NCBI GenBank assembly: GCA_964431835.1
Contig: CAYSKO010000004.1
Span: 7,519-71,518 of the forward strand
Direction: 5' to 3'
Origin: an uncultured Planctomycetia bacterium
Lineage (GTDB): Bacteria; Omnitrophota; Gorgyraeia; 2-02-FULL-51-18
Length of the DNA: 64,000 bases
Shown here: in pieces, positions 12,794 to 23,198 of the stretch
Layout of the letters: every line of letters begins with the position of its first letter
Position numbering within the stretch: position 1 is the first letter of the stretch
Notes under the pieces: model-generated
What the model was told of the DNA's origin: nothing
The model's database searches: none
The model's input: only the letters and a program-made list of their open reading frames with translations
Program-made: the position numbers and the translations under genes

Positions 12794-13711
12794 TCAAGCG
12801 CGTTGTCCGGCCGGATCCTTCAGATCGTAGCGGGTCCCTTCGACGGCGGTCACTTTGCGGAATTCCTGCATGATGCGCCCGGTGGACGGGCCGGGGCGGC
12901 CCTCCCCGATGATACGGTTGTCGATTTTCACGACGGGAACGATCTCGGCGCCGGTTCCGGTGAGAAAAACTTCGTCGGCGGTGTAAAGATCGTGGCGCGT
13001 AAAGACTTCCTCCGAGACGCGAAGTCCGAGCTTCGTGCCGAGCGCCATGACGACGTCTCGCGTGATGCCCTTCAAGATGCCCACGTACGGAGGAGGCGTC
13101 ACGAGCGCGCCACCCTTCACGTAGAAGATGTTCTCGCCGGTGCATTCAGTGACGTAGCCTTGCGCGTTAAGCATGAGCGCTTCGCTCACGCCCGCGTTCG
13201 TGGCTTCGATCCGCGCGAGGATGTTGTTGAGATAGTTGAGCGTCTTGAGCTGAGGGTTCACGGCCTCGACGTGGTTGCGCACCGTCGCGGCAGTCACGAT
13301 CGCGATCCCCTTCTCGTACAGCTCCTTCGAGTACATCGCGATCTTGTCGGCGATGATGAAGAGAGTGGCCTTCGCGCATTTGCGGGGGTCGAGCCCGAGG
13401 TCGCCAGGCCCGCGGGTGACGACGAGGCGGATGTACGCGTCGCGCAGCGAGTTCGCCTGAAGTGTTTCGATGACGGCGCGCTCGAGCGCGTCCTTCGGGA
13501 GCGGAACTTCGAGCATGAGCGTGTGTGCGGATTCGTAAAGGCGATCCAGGTGCTCGGAGAGCTTGAACACGACGCCGTCGTACGAGCGAATTCCCTCGAA
13601 CACCCCGTCGCCGTACAAGAGGCCGTGGTCGAACACGCTCACGACCGCCTTCTCGCGGTCCACGAGACGGCCGTCCAGCCAGATTTTCAGGTTCCCCTTC
13701 GCGTCGCTCAC
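12794..13711 (-). CDS. ilvE: Branched-chain amino acid aminotransferase (class IV)
   Basis: GTG 13711 overlapping lolD stop; SVFDHGLLYGDGVFEGIR, KTLNYLNN, ECTGENIF, GITR, EVFLTGT. Confidence 0.95.
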   Translation of the reverse strand: MSDAKGNLKIWLDGRLVDREKAVVSVFDHGLLYGDGVFEGIRSYDGVVFKLSEHLDRLYESAHTLMLEVPLPKDALERAVIETLQANSLRDAYIRLVVTRGPGDLGLDPRKCAKATLFIIADKIAMYSKELYEKGIAIVTAATVRNHVEAVNPQLKTLNYLNNILARIEATNAGVSEALMLNAQGYVTECTGENIFYVKGGALVTPPPYVGILKGITRDVVMALGTKLGLRVSEEVFTRHDLYTADEVFLTGTGAEIVPVVKIDNRIIGEGRPGPSTGRIMQEFRKVTAVEGTRYDLKDPAGQRA

Positions 13712-14406
13712 CGTTCCTCCCAATCCCGTTTCTCGATGTTCCAAACCCGGTCCGTCATCTTCGCGATCCGCTCGTCGTGCGTGACGAGAACCACCGTACA
13801 CTTTTCCTTCCGGAAAACGTCCGACAAAAGCTCCGCGACGTCGCGGCCGGTCGCCGCGTCCAGATTCCCCGTCGGCTCGTCGCAGAAAAGGATTTCGGGG
13901 TCGTTGATGAGCGCCCGCGCGATCGCCACGCGCTGCTGCTCGCCGCCCGAAAGCTCGCTTGGGAAATGCGTCGCGCGGTCCTTGAGACCCACGCGCTCGA
14001 GGAGCCCCGCCGCGCGGTCGTGCGCCCGGTCGCGCTCCGACTTCTCTTTTCGAAGAAGAAGAGGCAGCATCACGTTCTCGAGCGCCGTGAATTCCGGCAA
14101 AAGATGGTAGAACTGAAAAACGAAACCGATCTTCCTGTTCCGGAAAGCGGCTTTTTCGTTCTCGCCGAGGGCGTGGACGTCGACGCCGGACAAGAGCACT
14201 TTGCCGGAATCGGCCCGGTCGAGGCCAGAAAGCACGTTCAAAAGCGTCGTCTTTCCGGAACCCGAAGGACCCCAAATCGCGACGCCCTGTCCCTTCGGAA
14301 CCTTCAAATTTATCCCCGAAAACACCTCGAGGCGGCGACTGCCGTCCCAGTATACCCTGCTCAGACCGGAGGCTTCAATACTTGTTGTTTCGACCGCATC
14401 ACTCAT
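13708..14406 (-). CDS. lolD: Lipoprotein-releasing ABC ATPase LolD-like
   Basis: GPSGSGKT, GFVFQFYHLLPEFTALENV, LSGGEQQRVAIARAL, DEPTGNLD. Confidence 0.9.
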   Translation of the reverse strand: MSDAVETTSIEASGLSRVYWDGSRRLEVFSGINLKVPKGQGVAIWGPSGSGKTTLLNVLSGLDRADSGKVLLSGVDVHALGENEKAAFRNRKIGFVFQFYHLLPEFTALENVMLPLLLRKEKSERDRAHDRAAGLLERVGLKDRATHFPSELSGGEQQRVAIARALINDPEILFCDEPTGNLDAATGRDVAELLSDVFRKEKCTVVLVTHDERIAKMTDRVWNIEKRDWEER

Positions 14407-15577
14407 AGCGAAGAGCCCGTACAGGGTCCAAGCGGCCGGCCATCCACGCGGGATAGAACGCCGAAACGAGGCTGAGGACGATGGCGGTCGCGACGACCAG
14501 GAACGTATCCTGGAGGTCCATCCGCACCGGAATGCGGTTCACGTAATAAATCTCCTTGGGCAGCTCGAGCAGCGGGTAGCGGTCAAGCGCCCAGCAGAGC
14601 GTTGAACCGACCGCGAGCCCCGCAGCCGCTCCGGCGACGCCGATAAAGAGGCCGTCGTACACGAAAATCCGCACGAGCGCACCCGGCGACGCGCCCAGCG
14701 CCTTCAACACGCCCATGTCCTTCGTCTTGTCCATGACGAGAATCGTGAGGCTGCCGGCGATATTGAGACACGCGACGAGGATGATGAGCGCGAGGATCAG
14801 GAACATCACCACCTTCTCGAGCTTGAGCGCCGCGAAAAGCATGCGGTTCATGTCCATCCAGGTCCGCACGCGGAATCCTGAGAGTTTGGGAGCGAGGGAT
14901 TTTTTGAACGCGTCCGCGCGGTCGGGGTCATCGAGCGCGACAGAGACACCGGTCACCGCCTCCCCCATTCCGTAAAGACTCTGCGCGTTGGCGAGGTTGA
15001 GGAAAAGGAGGTTCGCGTCGTACTCGTACATGCCGGACGAAAAAATTCCCTCCACGCGGAACGTGCGCGGCTTGTCCTGCTTCTGCGTGAGGATCTTGAA
15101 TTCGGAACCCATGACGAGCCCGGCGCGCTTGGCGAGTTCGAGGCCGAGCACCGCGCCGTCGGGGGCGTCGGTGAGCGCACCGCGCGAGACATGGCGCCCG
15201 AACCGGGAGACTTTCTCTTCGGCCTTCGGGTCGAGGCCGCGCACAAGGACACCGGTTCCCCAGTCGCCGCTTTGGAGGAGCGCCTGGCCCTCGACGTACG
15301 GCGCGGCGCCGACCGCGCCCGGTAAGGCGGCGAGCTTCGCGGTGAGCGCGGCGTGCCCCGTGAGCAACGGATCCTTTTCGACGGAGACGTGCGCGTGCAG
15401 GCCAATGATTCGTTCCTTCAAGTCCGAATCGAAGCCGTTCATCACGGCGAGGGTGGTGATGAGGGCAGCGACACCGACGGCGATGCCGAGAATGGAGATA
15501 GTTCCGATGATTCCGACGAAGGGGTGGCGCCGTTTGGAGAAGATATAGCGCCTCGCGATCAGGCGCTCCGCGCTCAT
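14399..15577 (-). CDS. Lipoprotein-releasing ABC permease LolC/E family
   Basis: IARRY, GIAVGVAALITTLAVMNGF, MDKTKDMGVLKALGA, YPAWMAGRLDPVRALRYE. Confidence 0.9.
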   Translation of the reverse strand: MSAERLIARRYIFSKRRHPFVGIIGTISILGIAVGVAALITTLAVMNGFDSDLKERIIGLHAHVSVEKDPLLTGHAALTAKLAALPGAVGAAPYVEGQALLQSGDWGTGVLVRGLDPKAEEKVSRFGRHVSRGALTDAPDGAVLGLELAKRAGLVMGSEFKILTQKQDKPRTFRVEGIFSSGMYEYDANLLFLNLANAQSLYGMGEAVTGVSVALDDPDRADAFKKSLAPKLSGFRVRTWMDMNRMLFAALKLEKVVMFLILALIILVACLNIAGSLTILVMDKTKDMGVLKALGASPGALVRIFVYDGLFIGVAGAAAGLAVGSTLCWALDRYPLLELPKEIYYVNRIPVRMDLQDTFLVVATAIVLSLVSAFYPAWMAGRLDPVRALRYE

Positions 15578-17046
15578 GCGCCTTTCTCGGGCTTCATCTG
15601 CGGGAAAAGAATGACTTCGCGAATCGAGGGCTGGGTAACGAGAAGCATCGTGAGGCGGTCGATCCCGATTCCCAGACCGCCGGCGGGCGGCATGCCGTGC
15701 TCGAGCGCGTAGAGGAAGTCCTCGTCGAGCGCCTGCTCTGGTTTTTTGCCCGCTTCTTTCAATTCTTCCATAAAGCGCTCGCGCTGCTCGATCGGGTCGT
15801 TCTGCTCCGAATAGCCGTTGGCGACTTCCATTCCGCCCACGTACAACTCGAAGCGGTCGGCCAGGTGCGGGTTCTTTTTGTTCTTGCGCGCAAGCGGCGA
15901 GATTTCAGCGAAGTATTCGGTGACGAAGAAGGGCTCGAGCACGGAGGCGTCGCCGGAAGGATTCACCGGCAGAAGGTCGCCGACGATGTTGATGATCTGC
16001 GTGCGCGAGACGTTCTGGCCCTTCACGTCGACGCCCTTCTCCTTCAGCTTCACGATCCACGAGGCGAGCTCGTCCTCGGGCACGATGCCGAAATGCTCTT
16101 TCATGAGACCCGCGAAAGACAGGCGGTGCCACTTCGAAAGGTCAAGCGTCTTGCCCTCGCCGGCAGGGATCTGCAGCTTACCGAACGCAGCGAGCGCCGC
16201 GTTCTTCACGATCTCTTCGCAGAGATCCATCACGTTATTCACGTCGTGGTACGCCGTGTAGACCTCGAGCATCGTGAACTCGGGGTTGTGGCGCGTCGAG
16301 ATGCCTTCGTTACGGAAACTTTTGTTCACCTCGTAGACCTTCTCGTACCCGCCGACGAGAAGCTTCTTGAGATAAAGTTCGGGAGCGACGCGCAGGAAAA
16401 GCGGAATGTCGAGCGCCTCGTGGTGAGTCGCGAACGGCTTGCCGGCCGCGCCGCCGGGGATCGGATGCATCATCGGGGTCTCAACTTCGAGATAGCCTTT
16501 GTCGTCCAGGGTCTTTCGGATCGAACGCACGATCTGCGACCTCTTCTTGAAAATCTCTCGCGATTCCTCGTTCGCGATGAGGTCGAGGTACCGGTGGCGA
16601 TAACGCTTCTCGACGTCCTTCAAACCGTGCCATTTCTCGGGCATCGGGCGAAGGCTCTTCGAAAGGAGGTGGATGCGGGACGCGCGGATCGATATCTCCC
16701 CCGTCTTCGTCGTGAAGAGCTCGCCTTCGACGCCGATCCAGTCGCCGAGATCGAGAAGGTCGAACACCGCGCGGTCGGTTTCGGGGAGCTCCTCTTTCTT
16801 CACGAAAAGCTGCACGCGGCCGGAGTCATCGCGCAGGTCGCAGAAGACGGTCTTTCCCATGAACCGCATCGCCGAAAGGCGGCCGGCCGAAACGACGGAT
16901 TTCTTGTCGGCGAAGCCCGCGACCGTGGCCGCGATCGGCTCGGTTTTGGGGAACGCGCCGCCGAACGGATCGATCCCGAGCGCCTTTAAGGCCTCGAGTT
17001 TCCGGTAACGTTCCTTCAGGAGATCGTTCGTCTGGAGATCGCTCAT
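15574..17046 (-). CDS. lysS: Lysine--tRNA ligase (class II)
   Basis: RYRHRYLDL, EVETPMM, PGGAAGKPF, LRVAPELYLK, FRNEG..HNPEFT, GMPPAGGLGIGIDRL. Confidence 0.98.
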   Translation of the reverse strand: MSDLQTNDLLKERYRKLEALKALGIDPFGGAFPKTEPIAATVAGFADKKSVVSAGRLSAMRFMGKTVFCDLRDDSGRVQLFVKKEELPETDRAVFDLLDLGDWIGVEGELFTTKTGEISIRASRIHLLSKSLRPMPEKWHGLKDVEKRYRHRYLDLIANEESREIFKKRSQIVRSIRKTLDDKGYLEVETPMMHPIPGGAAGKPFATHHEALDIPLFLRVAPELYLKKLLVGGYEKVYEVNKSFRNEGISTRHNPEFTMLEVYTAYHDVNNVMDLCEEIVKNAALAAFGKLQIPAGEGKTLDLSKWHRLSFAGLMKEHFGIVPEDELASWIVKLKEKGVDVKGQNVSRTQIINIVGDLLPVNPSGDASVLEPFFVTEYFAEISPLARKNKKNPHLADRFELYVGGMEVANGYSEQNDPIEQRERFMEELKEAGKKPEQALDEDFLYALEHGMPPAGGLGIGIDRLTMLLVTQPSIREVILFPQMKPEKGA

Positions 17047-17055
17047 AAGCGCCTT

Positions 17056-17084
17056 ATTCTATTCGACAATCGCCCCGGATGCAA
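17056..17084 (-). promoter_or_regulatory. Putative sigma70 promoter of lysS
   Basis: TTGCAT-17 bp-TAGAAT, -10 box 9 nt upstream of lysS ATG. Confidence 0.55.
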
Positions 17085-17087
17085 CAC

Positions 17088-17188
17088 GGGGAAGTTTGTG
17101 TCTTTTTCTTCTCCGGGACCACAAAGCGTTCAATTCGGCGAAAACCGTAAGCGTGGCTCCCTACGAAGAAAAAGACACAAACTTCCCC
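17088..17188. repeat. Hairpin element copy 1: 24-bp perfect inverted arms around a 53-nt core
   Basis: GGGGAAGTTTGTGTCTTTTTCTTC (17088-17111) / GAAGAAAAAGACACAAACTTCCCC (17165-17188). Confidence 0.9.
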
Positions 17189-17197
17189 CGTAGCGGC

Positions 17198-17306
17198 CCC
17201 GCGAGGCGATCCGCGTCTTTCCTTCGTAGGGATCCACGCTTACGGTTCTGGTCGAATTTAGGCCTTTGTGGTCCCGTAGAAGGAAAGTCGCGGATCAGCT
17301 CGCGGG
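17198..17306. repeat. Hairpin element copy 2 (inverted): 28-bp arms (3 mismatches) around the same 53-nt core
   Basis: Arms 17198-17225 / 17279-17306; reverse complement of core 17226-17278 matches 17112-17164 at 44/53 positions. Confidence 0.9.
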
Positions 17307-17309
17307 AAC

Positions 17310-18932
17310 CTATACGCGCGAGTAGGCGTGGTGCTTCGAGTGGTCGAAGTAGGCGAAGGCCGCCACGCCCCAAAGGAGGACGATGAAAAGTTCGCCGAAG
17401 CGGGTGTAGAGCGAGGTGACTCGTCGAAGCGTGATGTCCTGCGCCCGGTAGCCGGTCACGAAGATCTCTTCGCCGTTGTCCTCAACGCTTGAGAGCGTGC
17501 GGCCCGTCGCGTCGATGAAAGCCGACCAGCCCGTATTCGCCGCGCGGACCACTGGTACGCGGTTTTCGACCGCACGGAACGTCGACGCCTGTCCGTGCTG
17601 GTACGGGGCGGACGTCTTCCCGAACCAGGCGTCGTTGGTCACGTTCACGAGAAAGTTTGCGCCGTGGCGGACGAAATCGCGCGTTAGCGACGGAAACATG
17701 TCTTCGTAGCAGATGAGCGTCGCGAACTTCGCCCGGACCGCGGTCTTCCGGTGACGCGATCTCGCCTCGAAGATCGTGAATTCCTCACCTGGGGAAAAGT
17801 CACCGATCGGCGGCGAGACGGCGCGGATAAATCCGAGCAGTGGCTCCAAGGGCAGGTACTCGCCGAACGGCACGAGATGCATCTTGGAATAACGCCGGCG
17901 CTCTTCCCCGTCGGGGCCGAAGTGGATCGCGCTGTTGTAGAAACGAACACCCCGGTCGGTGACGTCGCCGATGGTCGGCGCACCGATGAGCGCCTCGGCC
18001 CGCGAATGGCGAACGAGGCTCCGGAGGTGAGCGGACATGAGCGGTTCGTCCTCGAGAAATCCCGGGAACGACGTCTCGGGCCAAACGATAAGATCGGACT
18101 TCTCAACCGCGCACATGAACGAAAGCCGCTTGTACTTCTCGAAAATGATGTTCTTGATGCGGCGGTCCCATTTCTCTTCCTGCGGCACGTTGCCCTGCAC
18201 CACCGAGACCCGGAGCACGGCCTTCGGCGCCGGCGAACGGTAAAACGTGTCCCATTCGATGAGTCGCCACGCCCCGTAGCCGAGCGCGAGCGCCCACGAC
18301 GCCGTAAAGATCGCAGCGAGGAGCGTGAGATAGCGCCGGCGGGAACCGCGTGAGAGCGCGTCCTCGGCGCGCCGGGAACCTGAGGCTTCCTTGAGCAGCT
18401 TGAAGAGCGCCGCATTCGAGAAAAGGACGAACCACGAAACGCCCCACACGCCGAAGGTGTCCGCGCACTGGATGAGCTGGACGTTCTTCCACTGCGCATG
18501 ACCGATGATCCCCAGCGGCAGGCCGCTGAAGAGGTTCGAGCGCACCCATTCGGCCAGCGTCCAGATCGACGGAATAAAAAAAACGCCACGCAGGCTGCGA
18601 CGGAACACGGTGCCGTCGAGCTCCGCGGAAGGATCGATCCACGGACGGAACGCCGCCGCGGCTGCGGCCGGATAAAGCGCGAGGTAAGCGGAGGAAAGCA
18701 CCCAGCCGGGAACCGTGACGAGCGCCATCGGATAAGAGACGGAAAGAAAAAAAGCGAAACCGAAAAGGTACGCTGTTTTCAGCGCGTCTCCGGTCGAGGG
18801 GGAGATTCCGAGGGCCGCGAAGAGAGGGACGAAAGCGACGAACTGGAGCGGCGCCCAGCGCGGATCGTGAAAACCCGCTGCCGCCGCGAGAGCCGCGAGA
18901 AGGACGACGAGCGCGTCCCTAAATCGCCTCAT
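17310..18932 (-). CDS. lnt: Apolipoprotein N-acyltransferase
   Basis: TM N-terminus, VQGNVPQEEKW, IVWPETS, YSKMHLVPFGEY, LICYED, NVTNDAWFG, RAVENR..RAANTG. Confidence 0.96.
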   Translation of the reverse strand: MRRFRDALVVLLAALAAAAGFHDPRWAPLQFVAFVPLFAALGISPSTGDALKTAYLFGFAFFLSVSYPMALVTVPGWVLSSAYLALYPAAAAAAFRPWIDPSAELDGTVFRRSLRGVFFIPSIWTLAEWVRSNLFSGLPLGIIGHAQWKNVQLIQCADTFGVWGVSWFVLFSNAALFKLLKEASGSRRAEDALSRGSRRRYLTLLAAIFTASWALALGYGAWRLIEWDTFYRSPAPKAVLRVSVVQGNVPQEEKWDRRIKNIIFEKYKRLSFMCAVEKSDLIVWPETSFPGFLEDEPLMSAHLRSLVRHSRAEALIGAPTIGDVTDRGVRFYNSAIHFGPDGEERRRYSKMHLVPFGEYLPLEPLLGFIRAVSPPIGDFSPGEEFTIFEARSRHRKTAVRAKFATLICYEDMFPSLTRDFVRHGANFLVNVTNDAWFGKTSAPYQHGQASTFRAVENRVPVVRAANTGWSAFIDATGRTLSSVEDNGEEIFVTGYRAQDITLRRVTSLYTRFGELFIVLLWGVAAFAYFDHSKHHAYSRV

Positions 18933-18935
18933 CCC

Positions 18936-21512
18936 TTAGGCGGCGCCGTGACATTTTTTGAACTTTTTTCCGCTCCCGCAGTGGCAAGGCTCGTTGCGGC
19001 CGACCTTGTCATCGGGAGCCTGGGCGGCGGCATGCGGGGCGGCCTTTGCCGGCGCGGGGATGTCTAATTGGTCCGCCTGCTGCGCGGGCCCACCGGACGG
19101 AGCGGTCATCGGCCCCGCCTCGGGATGCAGGAACTGGAGCGGCATGCGGCGCGGCGCGGGCTCGGGACGCGGCTCGCGCGAGGCGGGTTGGACGCGGAAG
19201 ATGAACGCGATCGCGTCTTCCTTGATGGACTGGATCATTTCTTGGAAGGCGTCGTACGCCTCGCGCTTGTACTCGACGAGCGGGTCCTTGTGGCCGTACG
19301 CGCGCAGGCCGATGCCCTCGCGGAGGTTGTCCATGCCGCGCAGATGGTCTTTCCACTTGGAGTCGACGACGTCGAGAAGGATCATGCGCTCGAGGCCCCG
19401 CATGAACTCCGGTCTGATCTCCTTTTCCTTCGCCTCGTAAGCAGCTTTCGCGCGCTCGATGAGCCGTTCGGTGAGCGCTTCCCCCGGCATCCCCTCAAGG
19501 TCGGCGATCGAGACGGTGGGGAAAATCTTGCGGACCGCCTCCGCGAGCGCGGCAAACGCTTCCTCGGCCTCGGGAGCGCCTTGGGAGGCAATCGCGTCAG
19601 CGACCTCCTCGATCATGCCCAGATAGTGCTCGCGCAAATCGACGCCCTCGAGCACCCTGCGGCGTTCCGTGTAGATCACTTCGCGCTGATGGTTCATGAC
19701 GTTGTCGTAATCCAGGAGGTGCTTGCGGATTTCGAAGTTGCGGCCTTCGACGCGCTTCTGGGCCGTGGCGATGGCGCGGTTGATGAGCGGGTGCTCGATC
19801 TCCTGCCCTTCCTCCATCCCGAGCTTTTGCATGAAACCCGAGATGCGGTCGGATCCGAAGATGCGCATGAGATCGTCTTCGAGCGAGAGGTAGAAACGGG
19901 ACGCGCCCGGGTCGCCTTGACGGCCAGAGCGTCCGCGCAGCTGGTTGTCGATGCGGCGCGCTTCGTGGCGTTCGGTGCCGAGCACGAAAAGACCGCCGAG
20001 GTCCTTCACGCCTTCTCCGAGAAGGATGTCGGTGCCACGTCCGGCCATATTGGTCGCGATCGTGACCGTGCTTTTTTGGCCGGCGGTCTTGATGATTTCG
20101 GCTTCCTGCTCGTGGTACTTCGCGTTGAGGACGTTGTGGATCACGTGGGTCTTCCGGAGCATGTTGGAGAGAAGCTCGGATTTCTCGATGGAGACCGTTC
20201 CTACGAGCACCGGCTGGCCTTTGGCGTGTAGCTCCACGACTTCGCTCACGACCGCGGTGAACTTCTCGCGTTCGGTGCGGTAGACGCGGTCGCCCAGATC
20301 CTTGCGGATCAGTGGGCGGTTGGAAGGCACCACGACGACGTCGAGTTTATAGATCGTGTGGAATTCCTGGGCTTCGGTCTGCGCGGTGCCCGTCATGCCG
20401 GCGAGCTTCCCGTACATGCGGAAGAAGTTCTGGAACGTGACGGTCGCGAGCGTCTGATTCTCTTCCTCGACCGTGACCCCTTCTTTCGCCTCGAGCGCTT
20501 GGTGCAGGCCGTCCGAATAACGGCGTCCGGGCATGAGGCGTCCCGTGAATTCGTCGACGATCACGACCTCCCCTTCGGCGCTCACGACGTAATCGACGTC
20601 CTTCCGGAAGAGCGTGTGCGCGCGGAGCGCCTGGTTCACGTGATGAACGAGCTCGACGTTCGAAGGATCGTAAAGATTCTCGACGGCAAGAAGCGCCTCG
20701 ACTTTCTTCACGCCCTTGTCCGTAAGAGCAACGGTCTTGGTCTTTTCCTCGATCTGGTAATCCTCCTCCTTGTGGAGGCCGGGGATGATCTTGTTGATCG
20801 CGTAATACTTGTCCGTCGATTCCTCGCTGGGGCCCGAGATGATGAGCGGCGTGCGGGCTTCGTCGATGAGGATCGAATCGACTTCGTCGACGATCGCATA
20901 GTGAAGCGGGCGCTGGACGCGTTGGGAGAGGTGGCGCACCATATTGTCGCGCAGGTAGTCGAAGCCGTATTCGTTGTTCGTTCCGAATGTGATGTCCGAA
21001 CCGTAAGCGGCCTGGCGCTCGGCCTGGGAGGAGCCATGCTGGATGACTCCCACCGTGAGTCCGAGAAATTCGTACACGGGACCCATCCATCCGCGGTCGC
21101 GGCGGGCGAGGTAGTCGTTCACTGTCACGACGTGAACGCCCTTACCCACGAGCGCGTTGAGATAAACAGGCAGGGTTCCTACAAGAGTCTTGCCTTCGCC
21201 GGTGCCCATCTCCGCGATCTTCCCGGAATGAAGGACCATGCCGCCAATCATCTGGGTATCGAAATGGCGCATTTTGAGCACGCGCTTAGACGTCTCGCGG
21301 ACGACCGCGAACGCGTCATGGAGGATCGCGTCGGTCGTCTCCCCGTTCTTGAGGCGATCGCGGAAGGCGTCGGTCATGGCGCGCAGCTCCGCGTCGGTCA
21401 TCTTCTCGTAGTGCGCCTCGAGCGCGGTGATCTTTTTCACGCGCGGCCAAATCTTGCGCAGCAAACGGTCGTTCTGCGAACCAAACACCTTCGTGAGAGT
21501 CCAGCCGATCAT
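18936..21512 (-). CDS. secA: Preprotein translocase subunit SecA
   Basis: [45 protein letters not shown] motif [19 protein letters not shown]. Confidence 0.98.
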   Translation of the reverse strand: MIGWTLTKVFGSQNDRLLRKIWPRVKKITALEAHYEKMTDAELRAMTDAFRDRLKNGETTDAILHDAFAVVRETSKRVLKMRHFDTQMIGGMVLHSGKIAEMGTGEGKTLVGTLPVYLNALVGKGVHVVTVNDYLARRDRGWMGPVYEFLGLTVGVIQHGSSQAERQAAYGSDITFGTNNEYGFDYLRDNMVRHLSQRVQRPLHYAIVDEVDSILIDEARTPLIISGPSEESTDKYYAINKIIPGLHKEEDYQIEEKTKTVALTDKGVKKVEALLAVENLYDPSNVELVHHVNQALRAHTLFRKDVDYVVSAEGEVVIVDEFTGRLMPGRRYSDGLHQALEAKEGVTVEEENQTLATVTFQNFFRMYGKLAGMTGTAQTEAQEFHTIYKLDVVVVPSNRPLIRKDLGDRVYRTEREKFTAVVSEVVELHAKGQPVLVGTVSIEKSELLSNMLRKTHVIHNVLNAKYHEQEAEIIKTAGQKSTVTIATNMAGRGTDILLGEGVKDLGGLFVLGTERHEARRIDNQLRGRSGRQGDPGASRFYLSLEDDLMRIFGSDRISGFMQKLGMEEGQEIEHPLINRAIATAQKRVEGRNFEIRKHLLDYDNVMNHQREVIYTERRRVLEGVDLREHYLGMIEEVADAIASQGAPEAEEAFAALAEAVRKIFPTVSIADLEGMPGEALTERLIERAKAAYEAKEKEIRPEFMRGLERMILLDVVDSKWKDHLRGMDNLREGIGLRAYGHKDPLVEYKREAYDAFQEMIQSIKEDAIAFIFRVQPASREPRPEPAPRRMPLQFLHPEAGPMTAPSGGPAQQADQLDIPAPAKAAPHAAAQAPDDKVGRNEPCHCGSGKKFKKCHGAA

Positions 21513-21515
21513 CTT

Positions 21516-22623
21516 TTATCCTTTCGAATCCGCGCCCAGTGAGCGCAGGTACGCCTCGAGAAATCCGTCGATATCGCCGTCCATGACCGCCTGCGAGTTC
21601 GAGGTTTCGAAATCCGTCCGGTGATCCTTCACCATACGGTACGGGTAGAGAACGTAGGAGCGTATCTGGCTGCCCCAAGCGATCTCCTGCTTTTCGCCGT
21701 ACGACTTCTGTTGTTCCGCATTGCGCTTGGCCATCTCACGCTCGTAGAGACGGCTTTTCAGCACCTTGAGCGCGGTGGCGCGATTCTTGATCTGAGAGCG
21801 TTCGTTTTGGCACTGCACGACCAGGCCCGAGGCCATATGCGTGATACGGACCGCCGAATCGGTGGTGTTGACGCCCTGACCGCCTTTGCCGCCCGAGCGG
21901 AACACGTCCACGCGGATGTCCACGTCCTTCACTTCGATCTTGATATCGTCCTCGACCTCGGGGATCACTTCGACGGAGGCGAACGAGGTGTGGCGTCGTT
22001 TGTTGGAGTCGAACGGCGAGATGCGGACGAGTCGGTGAACGCCGTTTTCCGATTTCATATACCCGTAGACGAAGGAACCTTCGACGAGCATCGTCACGTT
22101 CTTCACGCCGGCTTCTTCGCCGGGGAGCAGGTCGATGATGTCGATCTTATGGCCATGCTGCTCCGCCCAGCGCGTGTACATGCGAAGCAGCATCGATGCC
22201 CAATCGCAGGCCTCGGTGCCGCCGGCGCCCGCGTTGATGGCGACGATCGCGCTATTCTTGTCGGCGGGACCGGAAAGAAGCTTCTGGAATTCGAGCGCTC
22301 CGACACCTTTCACGAAAGCGGAAAGCTCCGCGTCCAGGTGTTTGAGGGATTCGGCGTCGCCGTCTTCGGTGATTTCGAGCAGGCCGTCGAGTTCGGCGCC
22401 TTCTTCCCGAAGCCGGACGTAAGAGCCGGTGCTCGCCTTCAGCGCTTTCAGCTCCTGGATCACGGCATTCTGGCCGCCGCCGGACGTCCAAAAATCGGAC
22501 TCGGCTATCTTGCTCTCTAGCTCGTCGACTCGGCTCCTGAGTTTATCGACGTCAAAGATACCTCCCCAGGGCGTCGAGCTTCTCGCGCGCGGCCTTGAGT
22601 TTTTCCTGCAGATCCTTTTTCAA
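21516..22623 (-). CDS. prfB: Peptide chain release factor 2, with programmed +1 frameshift
   Basis: TTG 22623 LKKDLQEKLKAAREKLDALGRYL, then CTT TGA C shift site at 22557-22551; second frame has SPF motif (RISPFD) and GGQ. Confidence 0.96.
22551..22566 (-). promoter_or_regulatory. RF2 autoregulatory +1 frameshift cassette
   Basis: GGGAGG-TAT-CTT-TGA-C, the canonical internal SD plus slippery stop. Confidence 0.95.
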
Positions 22624-23168
22624 CGGCGTCCCTTCGATTTCCCGAAGGCGCGGATGACGAATTGCTTGGCCATGTCGGAATTGATCAGAGAAAGACTTTC
22701 CTTTTCGGACATCTTCGCCTTTGTGACGGTGGCGCTGAGCGCCTCGTTCCAGAGTTTGCGGCCCGACTTCGCGTCCTTGACGAGAAACGTGACGTTCATG
22801 CGCGCGTAGCATTCGACCTTCGCCGCGTCGAGCGCGGCGGCGCCAATGCCGACGATCATGTCGACGGGATCGTGATCGGTCCACGAAAAGCCGGTGACGC
22901 GCGATTCGACGACCACGTCGGCTTCGGATTCGGACGGCACGACCGCGAAACGGACGCTTTTGCGGGCCGCGAGAGCTTCTTCGATACTCTTCTTGAACTC
23001 GGCGATCAGAATCTGGTCTTTTCCGGTCGCATCGACCGGAGGCGCCACATGAATCTTCACCGTTCCCCTGCGGGAGAAATCGGAGTAGAGGGTGTCTGCG
23101 TGCGCGAGCGCCGGAAAGGCCGTCGCGGCGAGGGCTAAGACGAGAGCGGGTATGACGTTCTTAATCAT
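22620..23168 (-). CDS. Hypothetical secreted protein (alpha/beta periplasmic fold)
   Basis: SD AGGAG then ATG 23168; signal peptide MIKNVIPALVLALAATAFPALAHA; stop overlaps prfB start. Confidence 0.75.
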   Translation of the reverse strand: MIKNVIPALVLALAATAFPALAHADTLYSDFSRRGTVKIHVAPPVDATGKDQILIAEFKKSIEEALAARKSVRFAVVPSESEADVVVESRVTGFSWTDHDPVDMIVGIGAAALDAAKVECYARMNVTFLVKDAKSGRKLWNEALSATVTKAKMSEKESLSLINSDMAKQFVIRAFGKSKGRR

Positions 23169-23198
23169 CGGGTCTCCTAGGTTTAGGACGAAGGACGC

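Noticed and set aside
17088-17306. CRISPR mini-array or integron attC sites
   Set aside because: Copies are inverted rather than direct repeats with spacers; no RYYYAAC/GTTRRRY ends; no cas or integrase gene in the window
17047-17309. Lysine riboswitch or T-box upstream of lysS
   Set aside because: No T-box or L-box consensus visible; a separate promoter lies between the hairpins and lysS
17096-17386. Small ORFs 17096..17386 (+) and 17161..17373 (-)
   Set aside because: Overlap the repeat element and lnt; no SD or protein-like features
22552-22884. 110-aa ORF as a separate gene, or prfB as a pseudogene
   Set aside because: Only its last 23 codons are real (first prfB segment); the frameshift is programmed
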